A stretch of 64,000 nucleotides of DNA, taken from positions 7,874,001-7,938,000 of the forward strand of contig OZ116705.1 in NCBI GenBank assembly GCA_964199315.1. Reading direction: 5' to 3'. The DNA comes from Orbicella franksi (lineage: Eukaryota). The notes under the pieces were generated by a model that was not told where the DNA came from, did no database searches, and saw only the letters and a list, made by a program, of their open reading frames with translations. Below, one piece after another: positions 12,955 to 25,400 of the stretch. How positions within the stretch are numbered: position 1 is the stretch's first letter; each line of letters opens with the position of its first letter. The translations under genes and the position numbers were made by a program.

Positions 12955-13030
12955 GCTGTCCGCTTCACCACGTGGGATATAGGGCCGCAACATCTTCTCT
13001 CCACCTCAATCTGTCCCTAACCCTGTGCTT
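12955..13030 (-). mobile_element. 3' fragment of an RTE-type LINE
   Basis: The minus strand reads VRDRLRWREDVAALYPTW, resembling the RDR..WR..VAAL C-terminus of RTE ORF2. A paralogous copy lies at ~52130-52200. Confidence 0.5.
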
Positions 13031-14506
13031 TGTTTCTGTCACAACCCTTTCGGGAATTCTTCTTCAATAGAAATATATACTATTTTAAGAATGACGAAGC
13101 CAAACTGTGAATATAAACCCTGGTCGCATAATGATCACAATTTCTTTTAGACTGACAACATGTGGTTTAGCTAAACTACCTCCAGTTGACAATCTTTATC
13201 TTCCGCTTTCTTCGCCTCTTGGAGACTTAAAGATATTTTCGGAAACAAGGGGGCAAGGTCATCATGTTACATGGAAAAACGGATAATTTTGGATTATTTT
13301 AAGGGAACAAGTGCTGTCTGGGAATTATCAACAGACACCTGATGTCAAGGAGCAAAATTGCAAAAGTTTTATGACATTATGAAAAAGTGTAAGCTCTGAC
13401 TAGAAGATATTGCGTCGTAAACCTTATTGATTTTTAGCACCTTTTACTCCCAATATTCTATAACTCCTCTTGGTATTCAACATCGAGAATTTATCATTTA
13501 AAATGAAATATATTCAGGTACAACACGCGGGATGAAAAAGGGAAATCGTTAACGATACCAACTTGATAAGCCATCCAGTTCACAAAAATAACATTCAAAC
13601 TATTCTCACTGCATAATTAATTAGCCCATTGCAAAACATGGTGTTATTCCATAACATTCCCCCGTTTTCGCCCGTGCTGGTGGCGTCGGTAATGCTCCGC
13701 ACCATTTGGAGTTTATATTTGGTCTCACCGCTTGAAGCGTGGTCTTTTTGTCCTGTACTCCACAAAGACAGTCGTCTTTTGCGACCCGACCACCTCCCCT
13801 GGTGGCGGTTGACCAAGCTCCTATCTGCTCATATCTTCGTTGCATGCCTACTGCCTCATCAGTCGCGGACTCTTCCCATAACTTAATCTTATGCGATGAG
13901 GTAATGAGTATGCAGTGAGGATATGGTACTAATGAGAGTATACCAATCAAGAAGCTTGATGCGATGAGAAGAAATAGCGAGAATCTGAAGCTGAGTCATC
14001 TTGCGCGTAGTTATTTGCGATAAGTAAAACCGGAATTTTGGAAGTTTATTTTCTTCTGTGATCCAAGGTTTAACTGCAGAAAATCCCTTTTAATATCGCT
14101 TGAAGACAGTGAATTAGCTTACCTATGTCTTTTATTTCGAATAAAGAAAAAGTTCACATTTACACAAGAATGGCTATCCTTTAGACATATCCAGCAAACC
14201 TTGGTAAACGAATTAATTAAATAACAGTATCCTCTTTCCTCATTACAAATGTGCAATTAGAACAGAATTAAAGCATATACGAGCTGTGGTCTGCTGAGTC
14301 GTCCGTCATGCGAGAAAGTGACATGATTGGCTCATGTCTGACATCAAAACGTTGTTTTAACTGTGAGTCATATCATGCCATCTTTCATTAGTCGTTGTTA
14401 GCTTTTGTTTCAGCATAATTCGACTAGACATCACAGATGATTATTCGATATTATATTGACTTCTATCTGAGAGTGATTAGATAAAGACATCCGTCGCAAT
14501 TTAAGA

Positions 14507-14576
14507 ATGAGTGTTTCTCTGCTTTTCGTTTTCGTGCCATGGATTTCAGTAATCCTCTGTCCAACTCGGGCGCATG
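14507..14576 (+). CDS. Signal-peptide first exon A (upstream alternative or orphan) of copy 2
   Basis: ATG at 14507; MSVSLLFVFVPWISVILCPTRAH + G, then donor GTGAGT at 14577. The hydrophobic leader ends in phase 1, compatible with exon 2 (G+AT = Asp). Confidence 0.7.
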
Positions 14577-17164
14577 GTGAGTTTGAAAATGTACTATTTA
14601 CCTGCTTTGTAATTTATATAGATAGTATCTTAATTAAGTTTTCTTCAGTTTAGCTAAAGATGGCTGTTGAAGAATTCTTGATAATTTGGAAAACGAATCG
14701 ATAGGCAGAAATTATACCTAATTTGTTCGAATTCACATCAAACCCTTTCTATTAGGTCTTACGCGCAGTCAGCCCCATATCTCTCCGCCGTACTGTATTA
14801 ATCTTGTCAAGCGCGGACATGTGACGAGAATAAAGAAAATCAAGCCTAGCACAGACTGTTAATGTCACGATATTCTGACCAATTTTGTAATTTAAATGAT
14901 ATCTTAGCAGGCCATCTGCTTCTCTTCGAGATCAAGGGTTATAGTTTTAAGTCTTTTGTTTGAATCAGGAGCCAAGACGGTCGCTGATGATCTCCGATTA
15001 GCCGTAGATTTGGAAGTGATGTGATAAAATGCTACGCGCATTTGTGCTCATAGCCAATTCATTCTAAAAAAATGATGCATTGTCAAAATCTAGAACGAAG
15101 AAGTGAAGCGGCTCTTAAGTCAGCAGCTTTACCTGTAAAATATGAAACGAAACCGACAGCTGTAGAAAAAAAAAAAAAAAGCTGTGTTTACCATCCCTTA
15201 CCAAAACAGCTGTATTTTTAAACTGTTTTGAACGTATTTTGACGATTTAAACAGTATTTTGAAGTCACGATAGGGTATTTTTGTGCTATTTTGTACAAAA
15301 TTCAAAATTTTGCTTCTTGTTTGTAATGTATTTCAAGTATAGTTAAAACCTACTTCATGATATTGGAATGATTTTCACTCTGTTTTTAACGTAGTTTGAG
15401 CTCAAAACAGGGTTTAAATAGGGGATTTAAAATCTATTTTAATACTATGGCCACAAAAATTTCGTTCAAACAGTTTAAAAATTCTAGTTAAACCCTGTTT
15501 TGAAAGTTATGTTGGCAATGGCCGTAGGTTTAAAAAGTATTTTACAAATTTTCAGTGTTAAAATAGTCTTTAAATAGGATATTTAAAATGTAGTTGACAT
15601 GCCAAGAACATAAAATATGTTTTAAATAGGAAGTTTAAAACTTATTTGAGATAGCAATTCATATTATAAGCTTTAAAATACAACCAAAACATTCTGTTTT
15701 AAACATATTTTAAGTTTTAATCAGGCGAGTATACTATTTAAATAGTAGTTTTAAATAATGACAATAATGTCTATCTTAAAAACAGATTTTAAATACACTA
15801 TTTTTGCACTATTTATAAATCTAGCCCAATGGAAATTTATAATTCAATCAACATAATTTGCATCCCCTTTTTGAAAACTGCTTTAGTGTGTAAGCTTTTA
15901 AGACTCTCTCAATATCAAAATCAATCAAAAATTTAGCCAAGCCAAAAACATGAATCTGTGGACAAACAAACCTTTTCGCAAAATAGCACTCTCTTGCCGC
16001 CCTGCATGTACATGTATTCCTGTCTTTCTTTTTTTTCGAAGTATCAAGCACTGTTTACAACCAAAATGGCAGGCAAAGACTGAACAACTCCAGGACTTCC
16101 CAGAGGAGTTTTTCTATAGGGGTTAAAGTAAATCCCAGTCTTCTCTAAAAGGACATGGTCACAGATGCCATGTTTGTTCACAAGTGAGCTTCAGGTTGAG
16201 AGCGTGTGCTAGGCCGCATGTACATGAACAATATATAAGTTCTATCAAAAGTGTCAGCACTTTAAAAATTTACCAGGAGCAATCAAATCTCTGAAAGCAG
16301 CAACTAATAACTCAAGGAAAATTGATCCAAGTAATTGGTTGACATTACTTATTACTGATTGGGGCTACTCCTAATGGCAAAACATGCCATCACTCACAAA
16401 GTAGACCAGAATTAAGATCTCACAATCAAATCACAAAAAAATCACATCTACTCAATATTAAAAAGAAAATTTCAAGGTACATGTAACTAGCTTGCAGTAA
16501 TTAGCAAATTATTGATTGTGGTCAGTCATCATGTACGTGCTTCAAGGTTACATAATTACATACATGTAATTTTGGCAGAAAGTGTCCCACTCACAGTGTG
16601 CACGTGAAAGATCTCAAAACAAATCACAAGAAATGACAACCAGTGAATGTGAAAAAGAAAATTGCTTGTAGTAATCAGCCAGTTATTTATTGTGGTCCCT
16701 CATCATGGTATACATGCTTCAAGATCTTGCAAAAGTGCTGTCACTCACAAAGTGCACCAAAATCAAGATCTCACAACCAAATTCCTTTTTTTTTTTTGTT
16801 CTTTCAAACAATTCTTTTTTCCTGTTTCCCATATGAGCAGTTACAGTTTTCCAGATTTGACAGTCATTTAATTTTGAAGTCAAAAGTGGTTTGAACTAAT
16901 ATTTGTGTACAACAGTTTATTCATTATTGTTAGCAATGTAGGAAATCCATTTTTTTTTTTGTCTAAACAGTTGTTAATGATAAAAGTTGTTGTTCCAGTC
17001 TGTTATGAGCAGACTTATGTTGAATTTAGTGGTTGGTTTCAATGACAGATGCTGTGACCAGGCTAATATTATGAGAGTCTGTGCTCTGATCTGTTAACAA
17101 GAGGCATTCACTACTAACATCACAGCAAGCTGGCAAAAAGCGCCGGTTCCACAATAACTGTGAA

Positions 17165-17515
17165 TAATAATTATTATTGGATGAGGTTGAGCAAAATATC
17201 ATGATTTGTCAGTGGCAAGCAGATCAATTATTTCCCGAAGCTGAAGGCTGAGGCAAATAATTGATCTGTGACCACCCAGTTTGGTTTCACATTTAAATCA
17301 CTCTCTGACAGCTCAGCTCAGCGATCTGCCATTTAAATTATTTCACTTGAGAGCTTGGTTTCAATTACGCATGAGAGGAAAATTCAATATTATTTGCAGC
17401 AAACACATTTACACGGCACTATGCATGAGCAGATCATTATTTGTAGGCAGTTATTTACACGTCACTTGGTGGGCTCTCAGCCAATGAAAAGGAAGACAAA
17501 ATGCATCGAATGATA
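17165..17515. repeat. Interspersed repeat with internal hairpin
   Basis: CAGATCAATTATTT(17220)...AAATAATTGATCTG(17268) is a perfect 14-bp inverted repeat. The boundaries of the surrounding repeat are approximate. Confidence 0.55.
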
Positions 17516-18650
17516 AAAAGTTTTATTTTTCAGTTGTCAACAATAACATTTCAGAACACCTAGAGGCCTTTGCGCATTTGCTTGGATGCCATCTTGCAAA
17601 CTAGAGCACAAGCTTCAAGATCTCGCGAACAACAACTACCGAACCAAGACTTGGAACATGTCATTATTAATTATGTACATGAATCAACTGCATTATCCAC
17701 TTACCCATTCATTCATGTCCTAGTGGGCTATTCTGTAACTGGTTAAATTTACTCTGTTTCTTGAAAATGTTACAAGCAAAAGCGAATAAAGAACCCTCAC
17801 TGGACCACATAAAAATGCCTTGGTGGTAAATCACACTGGTTCCGCAAATCTTTCCCAACTTAATTGTTTCATCTGCTTCAGTTTCTTGCAAAGAATGAAA
17901 TACTTCAGCTACATGTAGTTTTCTGTGTTTTCATCCTTCTCTTATTACTTTGTCCTCTTATCTTTCATTATTTTTTCTTCTTCTTGCCAGGTAATTTCTT
18001 CTTCCTGAACCTTTGTTGCGCTTAACCATATTTTTTGGAAATATATCAACCTGCCACATAAATATAGTGCATTCATCTAGTCAAAAATCTGTTGAATTTG
18101 AACTACACTGAATGCTTGTCTATCCCCCACTGAAGGTCAAAACTAACATGTGCATGGGGAGAAGTCCCTATCACTAGGCCCTTCAACCATTTTCCAGAGC
18201 CCCTTTGTGTGAATATCATTTTTGCCAAGAAATCTACACCCATAATATAGAAGAATGAAAATAATTAAAGTAAAATTAACGATAGAAACAATAGGACGAA
18301 TACAGGTTGAGTGACACCTAAAGTCGCAACCAAAATGCAAGGATTCGACTGTTCATGGCAGGCTTGATTCAAGCTTGGATTTCATGTGTTATAGCATGCA
18401 ATTACTCAATACATGAACATGTGTACAACACATTCTTGCACGACAACAAAGTGCGATTCCATTCATTCGAATGTCCCAATTTTGTTCTTCGAGTGTTCGG
18501 ACCCAATCGTTCGATTAAGTTCGATTGATTTCGATAAAGTTCGTTTAATCGAACGTTCCATTTGGTACGTGATTAGTTACGTCTGGAGCAAAGCCATGCA
18601 TCTAAGAGAAAGCTTCTTTTACGAATAAACATTTGGCGCATCCAAACAAG

Positions 18651-19540
18651 GGTATCCGGTCGTTTCGCCAACGTCCTAAGTCGCTTCGCCAACGTCCCAC
18701 TGGTCAATTCGCCAACGTCTAAATAAAAGTTTACCTTCACTTGTGTGTGTTGTATCAGGCTTGTATCAGACAATAAACTTAAACGAATTCAACGTAGTGT
18801 CACTTGGAATATCCAGGCTAAGCTATTTGTAAGCTGGGAAGAGTACGAGAACAACGAAAAGACTGCCACCCAACTACTCCAGACTTGCGCTCGGCTTAAC
18901 GGAACAGCTCGTGCGTATTAGAACTTCTCTGTAAATAGGATAAATTGGTTTCAGATAAATATAGGTTTCAATCAGGTTTTGTAAATAGGTTTCATAGGTT
19001 TTTTGTGCTTGTAAATATTTGATACTATATACTGTAATGAAATTGCTGTTGTTATTTACTTGACGTTCCATTTTATTTCAAACTCGATATATTATAAGGT
19101 TGGAAAATTAAAACAAACTCTGTATGCTTTTGAAAAAGGAAAAGATATAATGTTAATTTACATCGTAATGCATTATCAGCGAATTGGAAGCCATCGGACT
19201 ATGGTATTCAACAGTCAATTTTCACCGTGAAAATTACCGCGATGTAGCGCCCACGAGCCGGCTTGTGAAACTGTCAAAAACATGCAAATTGATCTCAAGG
19301 CAGTCAAGCGAAACTGGCAGTGACTTAAAATTTCTTGACCCAAGGATCACTCAAGGATCAGGATTGCATTCCAAACATCAATAAACAGCTTTTTTTTTTT
19401 TCGTTTATAGTACTGGATATCTGACGTTGGCGAATTGACCAGTAGGACGTTGGCGAAACGACTTAGGACGTTGGCGAATCGACTAAGACGTTGGCGAACG
19501 AGTCGTTGGCGAAACGACTCGTTGGCGAAACGACCGCAAT
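18651..19540 (+). mobile_element. Mutator-like (MULE) deletion derivative nested in the 8.5 kb element
   Basis: Flanked by the 10-bp direct repeat TCCAAACAAG (18641-18650, 19541-19550). The ends carry inverted CGGTCGTTTCGCCAAC and multiple ACGTTGGCGAA subterminal repeats. An internal remnant (18754-18921) reads IRLVSDNKLKRIQRSVTWNIQAKLFVSWEEYENNEKTATQLLQTCARLNG, resembling MULE transposase C-termini as I recall them. Confidence 0.75.
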
Positions 19541-20561
19541 TCCAAACAAGAAATCGCCAAGCATTACCCGCGTATGTCTCAATGTAAAATACCTGAAAAT
19601 AAGCTTGAAAAAGTTACGAGGGTTGTAAACAAAAAAAATGAAGTTTAAGCAGATAAAATAAACAGATACCGTACCGTTAAAAATCCTGGGCTAAGAACTA
19701 TATCCAATGTGGCGATCGATGCGATCCCCTTGCTTCGTTTTGGCGGTCGTAACTTTTGGCGCAAACGGATTTTCCGGTCGATTTTCCGCTGACCCGCCGG
19801 TGCAATACTCTGATGCGAGCATTTTGGTCAGCTGTGATTGCATGAAACATCATGTGAGTGACCACGTGACTTGTTTCCATTTCAAAATTGCTGTGTAAAA
19901 CGGAGGTTTCGTTCCAGTCGTTTAAAACCAGTGCAACAGTTCATTTGTTTGTTTTTTTTACCTTTTACTGGACGAAAAGTTAAGGGACCGAACCGAATCA
20001 TATGACTCGTGGGTGCAGCGACCATGATTTATCTTTCTGATAGACTTCAACTTGGTAATGTCTCAAGGAAATGGAGATAAGCCGACCATCTTCTGTCTTG
20101 GTGCGTCTTTCATTCGAAAAGATGCATGCGCATGTAAATACATGTAACATATCTGTAACCACATCAGCTGTTTTATCGAATTAGATGATTGCCTGTGAAA
20201 CATAGATCTGAATTTTGAATTGTTCTTCGTCCAGTCTACATAATTAGGTACTGTTCTATATACATGTATGATCGGTTATATGGCAGTTATATGTTTGCAA
20301 CTGTGTATGCCATTTTTGTGCAGCCGTAAATTACTCATCCATTGTGATCATTTTACTATCTTGACACGGCATAAACTGATCGATCTCTTCGTAGGGAAAT
20401 TAAAGTGCGAGCTGTGGAAGTTGAATCAAACAGTTTGTTTTTCTTCAAGTGGAAAGGCAACTTTATAGACTTAACATGATAACAAAACATACATGGAGGC
20501 TAAAATATTAAACCCTGCAATAACTAAACAATGCAGTAAATAATTTTGTTTTTATTTTCAG

Positions 20562-20684
20562 CTTTGAGAAACAGGAGATGGAGAGTGGTGCTGCCCTGTT
20601 AGGGCCAAAGTCTCTGTGAGTTTGATAGGGGTCTTTCAACTGCCTTCCGGTTACAAAGTTATTGCTGCAATTCTGCAATCGTTG
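20562..20684 (+). pseudogene. Exon-like remnant, possibly a SAM-like domain, inside the 8.5 kb element
   Basis: Acceptor ttttcAG at 20560-20561 and donor GT at 20685. FEKQEMESGAALLGPKSL*VLIGVFQLPSGYKVIAAILQSL has one in-frame TGA (20617). The SAM resemblance is by eye only. Confidence 0.3.
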
Positions 20685-21553
20685 GTAAATTTTTAAAGGA
20701 GGAAATAACTAAATTTAGGGTTAGAAAGGAAGCTATATGTAGCTACTACAGTCATGCCACATCAGTGAAAGTACAGTTGTTTCTTGTTGGAAATGAATGA
20801 ACGTTACAACTTGATGGGATAATTTTTGTTAACTGGTAAATAATAATATTATCGATCATATATTACATACACTGCGGCTACAAAGTTTATTTCAAGGGGA
20901 ACATGGTATGCATTAATTAATTCTTTCATGATTGAATACTGTGGTCTTTGTAAAACTTTACCTCAAATTGCACATGACCTTGACTTGTGACAGCTTGGGT
21001 TCCCTATAACTTACCGCAAGTGGTTTTGGTTTATTAAGCTTCATCTTGCGAGGGCCGGAAAAAAAATGAAATCTAGCTGCCCAGTGGGCCAGTATATTTT
21101 AGTTTTCAGTTGGCTCCACTAAAATATTACTAATGCCCAATGGGCATGTAGGGTTCATGCCTTATCAACTACATCATTTACTAGTTGCTGTCTATATTCA
21201 GTGATAGACTATAACAAAATGAGTTTACTGGCACTATGAAACTAGGTGAAAGAAACTACCAACAGTGACAATTGTTGTGTCAGATACAAAGTATGCTTGG
21301 ATTTTAAATTAATCCATGCTTTCAACTCACTGTTTTGCTCATCTTGCAGTCTTAAGTTTTGAAATAGGCTTTGATTGGAAATTATCATTCACAAGATTAT
21401 ATGTACTGAGGCTAATTTCACTTGCCCACCTGACCAGACCTCCAAACTTCCATTTTCACGTGCCAAGAGCAAAATTTACTTTCCCCAGGCGATGGGATGT
21501 GGGTTTTTCCCTGCCCTGCTTGCTAAGACTACGAGTATTCCCTCTTTGGCTTA

Positions 21554-21841
21554 GGGCCTCTTCATATGAGCCCGGTCAACCAGCCTGGCTCATTTTCTGA
21601 GATCTCACCTGGCCACTCTTTCCTTCGTAAAAATTTTGATGTGTTCATATATGTATGAGAAGCCAGGCTGGCCCGGTTACGGAGATCTCAGTTTTTGCGT
21701 CCAAGATCTCAGTGACCAGGATGAAAATTTTCCCATATGAACACTCCAGCCCGGGTAACCAGGACGAAACTTTTTAGGCAAAATAGCTTCGCTTTTGCAA
21801 CACAGCACTTGGCCAGCTACCTCGCTCATACGAAGAGGCCC
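21554..21841. mobile_element. PIF/Harbinger-type MITE
   Basis: TIR GGGCCTCTTCATATGAGC / GCTCATACGAAGAGGCCC, with TTA TSD at 21551-21553 and 21842-21844. Confidence 0.85.
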
Positions 21842-22295
21842 TTAGTCTATGTATCATGCGTGACACAAAAGAAAATCAACATATTTTTCTTGCTGTTTTC
21901 ATTTGCATCACACACAATAGACTAAGCGAAAGAGGCCGGGACTACTCATAGTCTGAATATCTGTAGGCCCAATAAGATGGCACAGCTTTAATTGCTACAT
22001 GCACTTGTACATGTACATAAAACAAGTCCATGACTCAAAATCAAACCCACAACTTGCTTGCAACTGTAACATGGACCACATAAATGATGCAGGGTTTAGT
22101 TGCAGCCTCAGACATTGCTCAGTGATGAAAGATGAACAAAACCTTTGCACAACATGATCATCACCTACTAAATTTACAAAAGTCACACATAATGAGTTGT
22201 ACCCTCTAAATTGGCCTAACGGTTCCCTTGATTAGAAGTGATTGATGCATGTACTGCATGTACGTTTACAATGTATATAGTTCCCATGTACAGAC

Positions 22296-22474
22296 CAGGG
22301 TTGTCATTAATTTTTTAGTCACCTGTAGCCTTATTCTCCACACCCATAGCAAATTTGTTACTTTGTGGGTGATTTCTCTAAACAACAGGGAATTTCACCT
22401 GTAGCATCAAGGGAAAATCAAGCATACTCAGCCATAACAGGCGTTACGGCTTACAACCCTTAATGACAGCCCTG
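22296..22474. mobile_element. 179-bp MITE with CAGGG termini
   Basis: CAGGGTTGTCATTAA / TTAATGACAGCCCTG (14/15 inverted match). CAGAC lies directly on both flanks. Confidence 0.7.
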
Positions 22475-25400
22475 CAGACATAGCATACCAGTACAAGTAA
22501 ATAACCTGTATTTAGTCTTAAAATGAGTGATATAGAAGATGTTTTATACTAAGTAATGGACCCTTAGCCTCAAGTTCTCAATTGGTATTGATACATGCAT
22601 GTTCCTTTGACTCCTTTACATTGTTTGCAATTCTTCTTAACAAAGAAAATATGTACCACTGATGATGGCCGTACACTCAAAAATGTTTTGGTTTTTAAAA
22701 CTGTAGTAACTTTTAGCCTTTTATACATGTACAGTAGACAAAAAAAATATTATCGCAGGCTCAACTGTTATTACAGCTTTTCATATACAGATACAGTAAG
22801 TGTAGAGCTACATACATTGATTATACAAGTAAAGAAAGAAGTAGAGCCAAGCACCCCCATTAAGCTTGAGTTTGCCCTACACTTACTTCTAGCATGTCAT
22901 GTGTTGTTCACAGCTAGAGCAAAGTTACATGTAAGTTTAAGATTTTTTTGGCACTATTGTTATGCTGTTTTGACACTATTTTTGAACTATTTTAATACTA
23001 TTTTTATACTATTTTTACAGTATTTTCATACTGTTTTTAGACTATTTTGTGCTATTTTAATGCTGTTTTATACTATATTACTGTATGCCATTTCTAGACT
23101 ATTTTAAAGCTATTTTCATATATTTATATCGTATTTGACATATTTTTTTCATATATGATCCACTTTAATTTTTAAACTGTTTAAAGTACTATTGAAATAT
23201 GTTTTGAGACAGTGGATTTCAATAGTGTTTTAAACAGGTTTTAACACCTTTAAAATCAGTCGAAAAATATGTTAAAAATATAATTTTGCACCTATTTTAA
23301 ACCTATTTTGTACAAAATACTTTTAAAATTGTCATTTAAACTAGTTTAAAAATAGTCTTGCAGATTAAAAGCTGTTTTTAAAACGATTTGTGTCCTGTTT
23401 TTATTCCGAATGCTGTGTTCCTCGAGAGATTTTTAAAGTAGTTACAGACTATTTTAATTTTATTTTTAAACTTAGCAAAGGATTTCGAGTTTTGGAATTT
23501 TAACTATATTTTTAAAAGCTTTTCAAAATACATTTCAAACTTTGTTTCAATAGTGTTTTAAACAGGTTTAAACACCATTAAAGGCAGTCGAAAACTACGT
23601 TAAAAATACACTTTTCGCCCTGTTTTTAATCTATTTCATAAAATAGGTTTAAAACAGTTTTTAAAAATAGTATTTACATACATTTAAAATAGTGTTAGGT
23701 TTGGTAAGGGCATGATAAAAGGTTGATGCTGAGTATTTTCCTCTTCATTGGAAAAAGTGTGTCTAACAGTTAACTTGAGGTGCTTACCGTAAATCCTTGA
23801 ACAATCACTCGATCCTTTTAAGTCTTGTAAACAATGTCGAAATTGTATTAATTCAGTTATCAAATTATCAAACTACTTTAATATTCTTATCTTGTGACGT
23901 GAACATAATTTTACTTTGTATCATATGTATATAATCGATGCTTTGAATTAAAATAGTCGGTTTCTTAGCAAAAGAAGCATAATGTTCCCTACCTTTTCTT
24001 AGCCTGTAATTCAAATTGCATGCTAGAGGAAGTTAATTTGCTACCGTTTGTTTAAAACCACCCGCAATGCAGGCTAATTTGCGCAAGCAACAGAAATCTG
24101 TTCTATTATTTATTTGTTCGGTTATTCAGCTCGTACTTGTAGGAAGTTTTACTTCCATAATCCGATAGAAACACAAAACTCGAAAAAAATCTCGCGAAAG
24201 TATCCGAAAAAAGTGTGTAAAAAGAAACTAAATAGGAACATCAAATTTTATTATATTCTTATTAACAGTGTAATGAAGAAAATGGCTCTGATCATGATGT
24301 TTACCTACCGCTAATTTGAAATAACTCTCTCAGCGGAGGTTGACGCAAGAGGTCTTGACGCAAGGGTAAAAATCTTATAGAATTAAATGCTAATCCTGCC
24401 AAAGATGAAGACCCACTCTCGTTTAAATTTGCCATACATACAACTGTACCTAAAAAAATACGTTCATGATGCAGATTTAACAAAGTTTTCGTTTCCGTAT
24501 AATTAACAATTTCCTTGGCAATCTATTTTCTGTCTTCTTGCACGAAACTTCTTCTTAAAAAATAATCAGCCCTAACAGTCGACCAAACAGAAGCTAATAA
24601 TTCGAAGGAACGGTTCCTCCTTTTTCTATGAACTAAAAACGCGAGTTCTAAACCTATTATTTTTTGAACAAAACTTGAAAAGCTAATAGGCACCTCTTTC
24701 CTTATCAGAATATTAATATGCTGTCTGCATAGACAGGTGGCAAGAACAAGGTGGATATTATATCGATGTAACACCAAATCCTCACAAGGACAATTACTTA
24801 TAAATGTATGATGATTAGTAGTGAGAATTTACGCTTCATCTCGGGGACGGATAGATTAAAAAAAAACATGTCGCCCCTCGCACTTTTAAAAGTCGATTTC
24901 AATTTACGTTCTTCCCTAATTACCACTTAATTACGACTTCGAGGTGCCCAGTGTCCCAAGATTAGTGTCCAATGTGGTATAAAGAAGGAATGCACCAGAA
25001 GTTCGAGTAACAAATAGTAAAAAAAGAAAACGTACCCAGATTATTTACATGGTATTGCAAACTTCTGTGCGACTGTTTTAAATATCTTCCCAAAATTAAC
25101 TTTTAACAAGCAGGTCATAATTCAAGACCAGTAAGCTATTTTCTCTGACATTTTCGTTCCAAAAAAGAAAAAAAAAAAAAAAACCGTCAAATGATCTTGA
25201 AGTTTTCGTACGCGGGGTTTCTTCAGTACGTCCACCTTGTTTGCCACCGTAATATCATCTCTCCTGAATGAATGAATGCCGAATGAACGAACGAACGAAT
25301 ATATTGAGACGAGCACGAGCTGCCAATAAATTAAATGAATTTTACCATTAATTTGAACGTCTCCTAACAACAGATGAGCTAAGCCACAAGTTTGCTTGCG

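Larger units (their letters stand above)
15195..23710. mobile_element. 8.5 kb TIR DNA transposon (CCC...GGG termini, 3-bp CAT duplication), CMC/EnSpm-like, non-autonomous or decayed
   Basis: CCCTTACCAAA at 15195 and TTTGGTAAGGG ending at 23710, with CAT on both flanks. It has AT-rich repetitive subterminal regions (~15195-15830, ~22960-23700). The element is absent at the homologous site in the downstream unit (54370 tgtttacttgataaaagg). Confidence 0.75.

Noticed and set aside
13595-13950. Overlapping ORFs of 73-109 aa (also 52801-53074)
   Set aside because: The reading frames are not conserved between the two paralogous copies (indels) and there is no recognisable domain.
22595-23107. 170-aa ORF inside the 8.5 kb element as a transposase
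   Set aside because: Its 3' half is the AT-rich subterminal repeat, and it has no DDE or CMC motifs.
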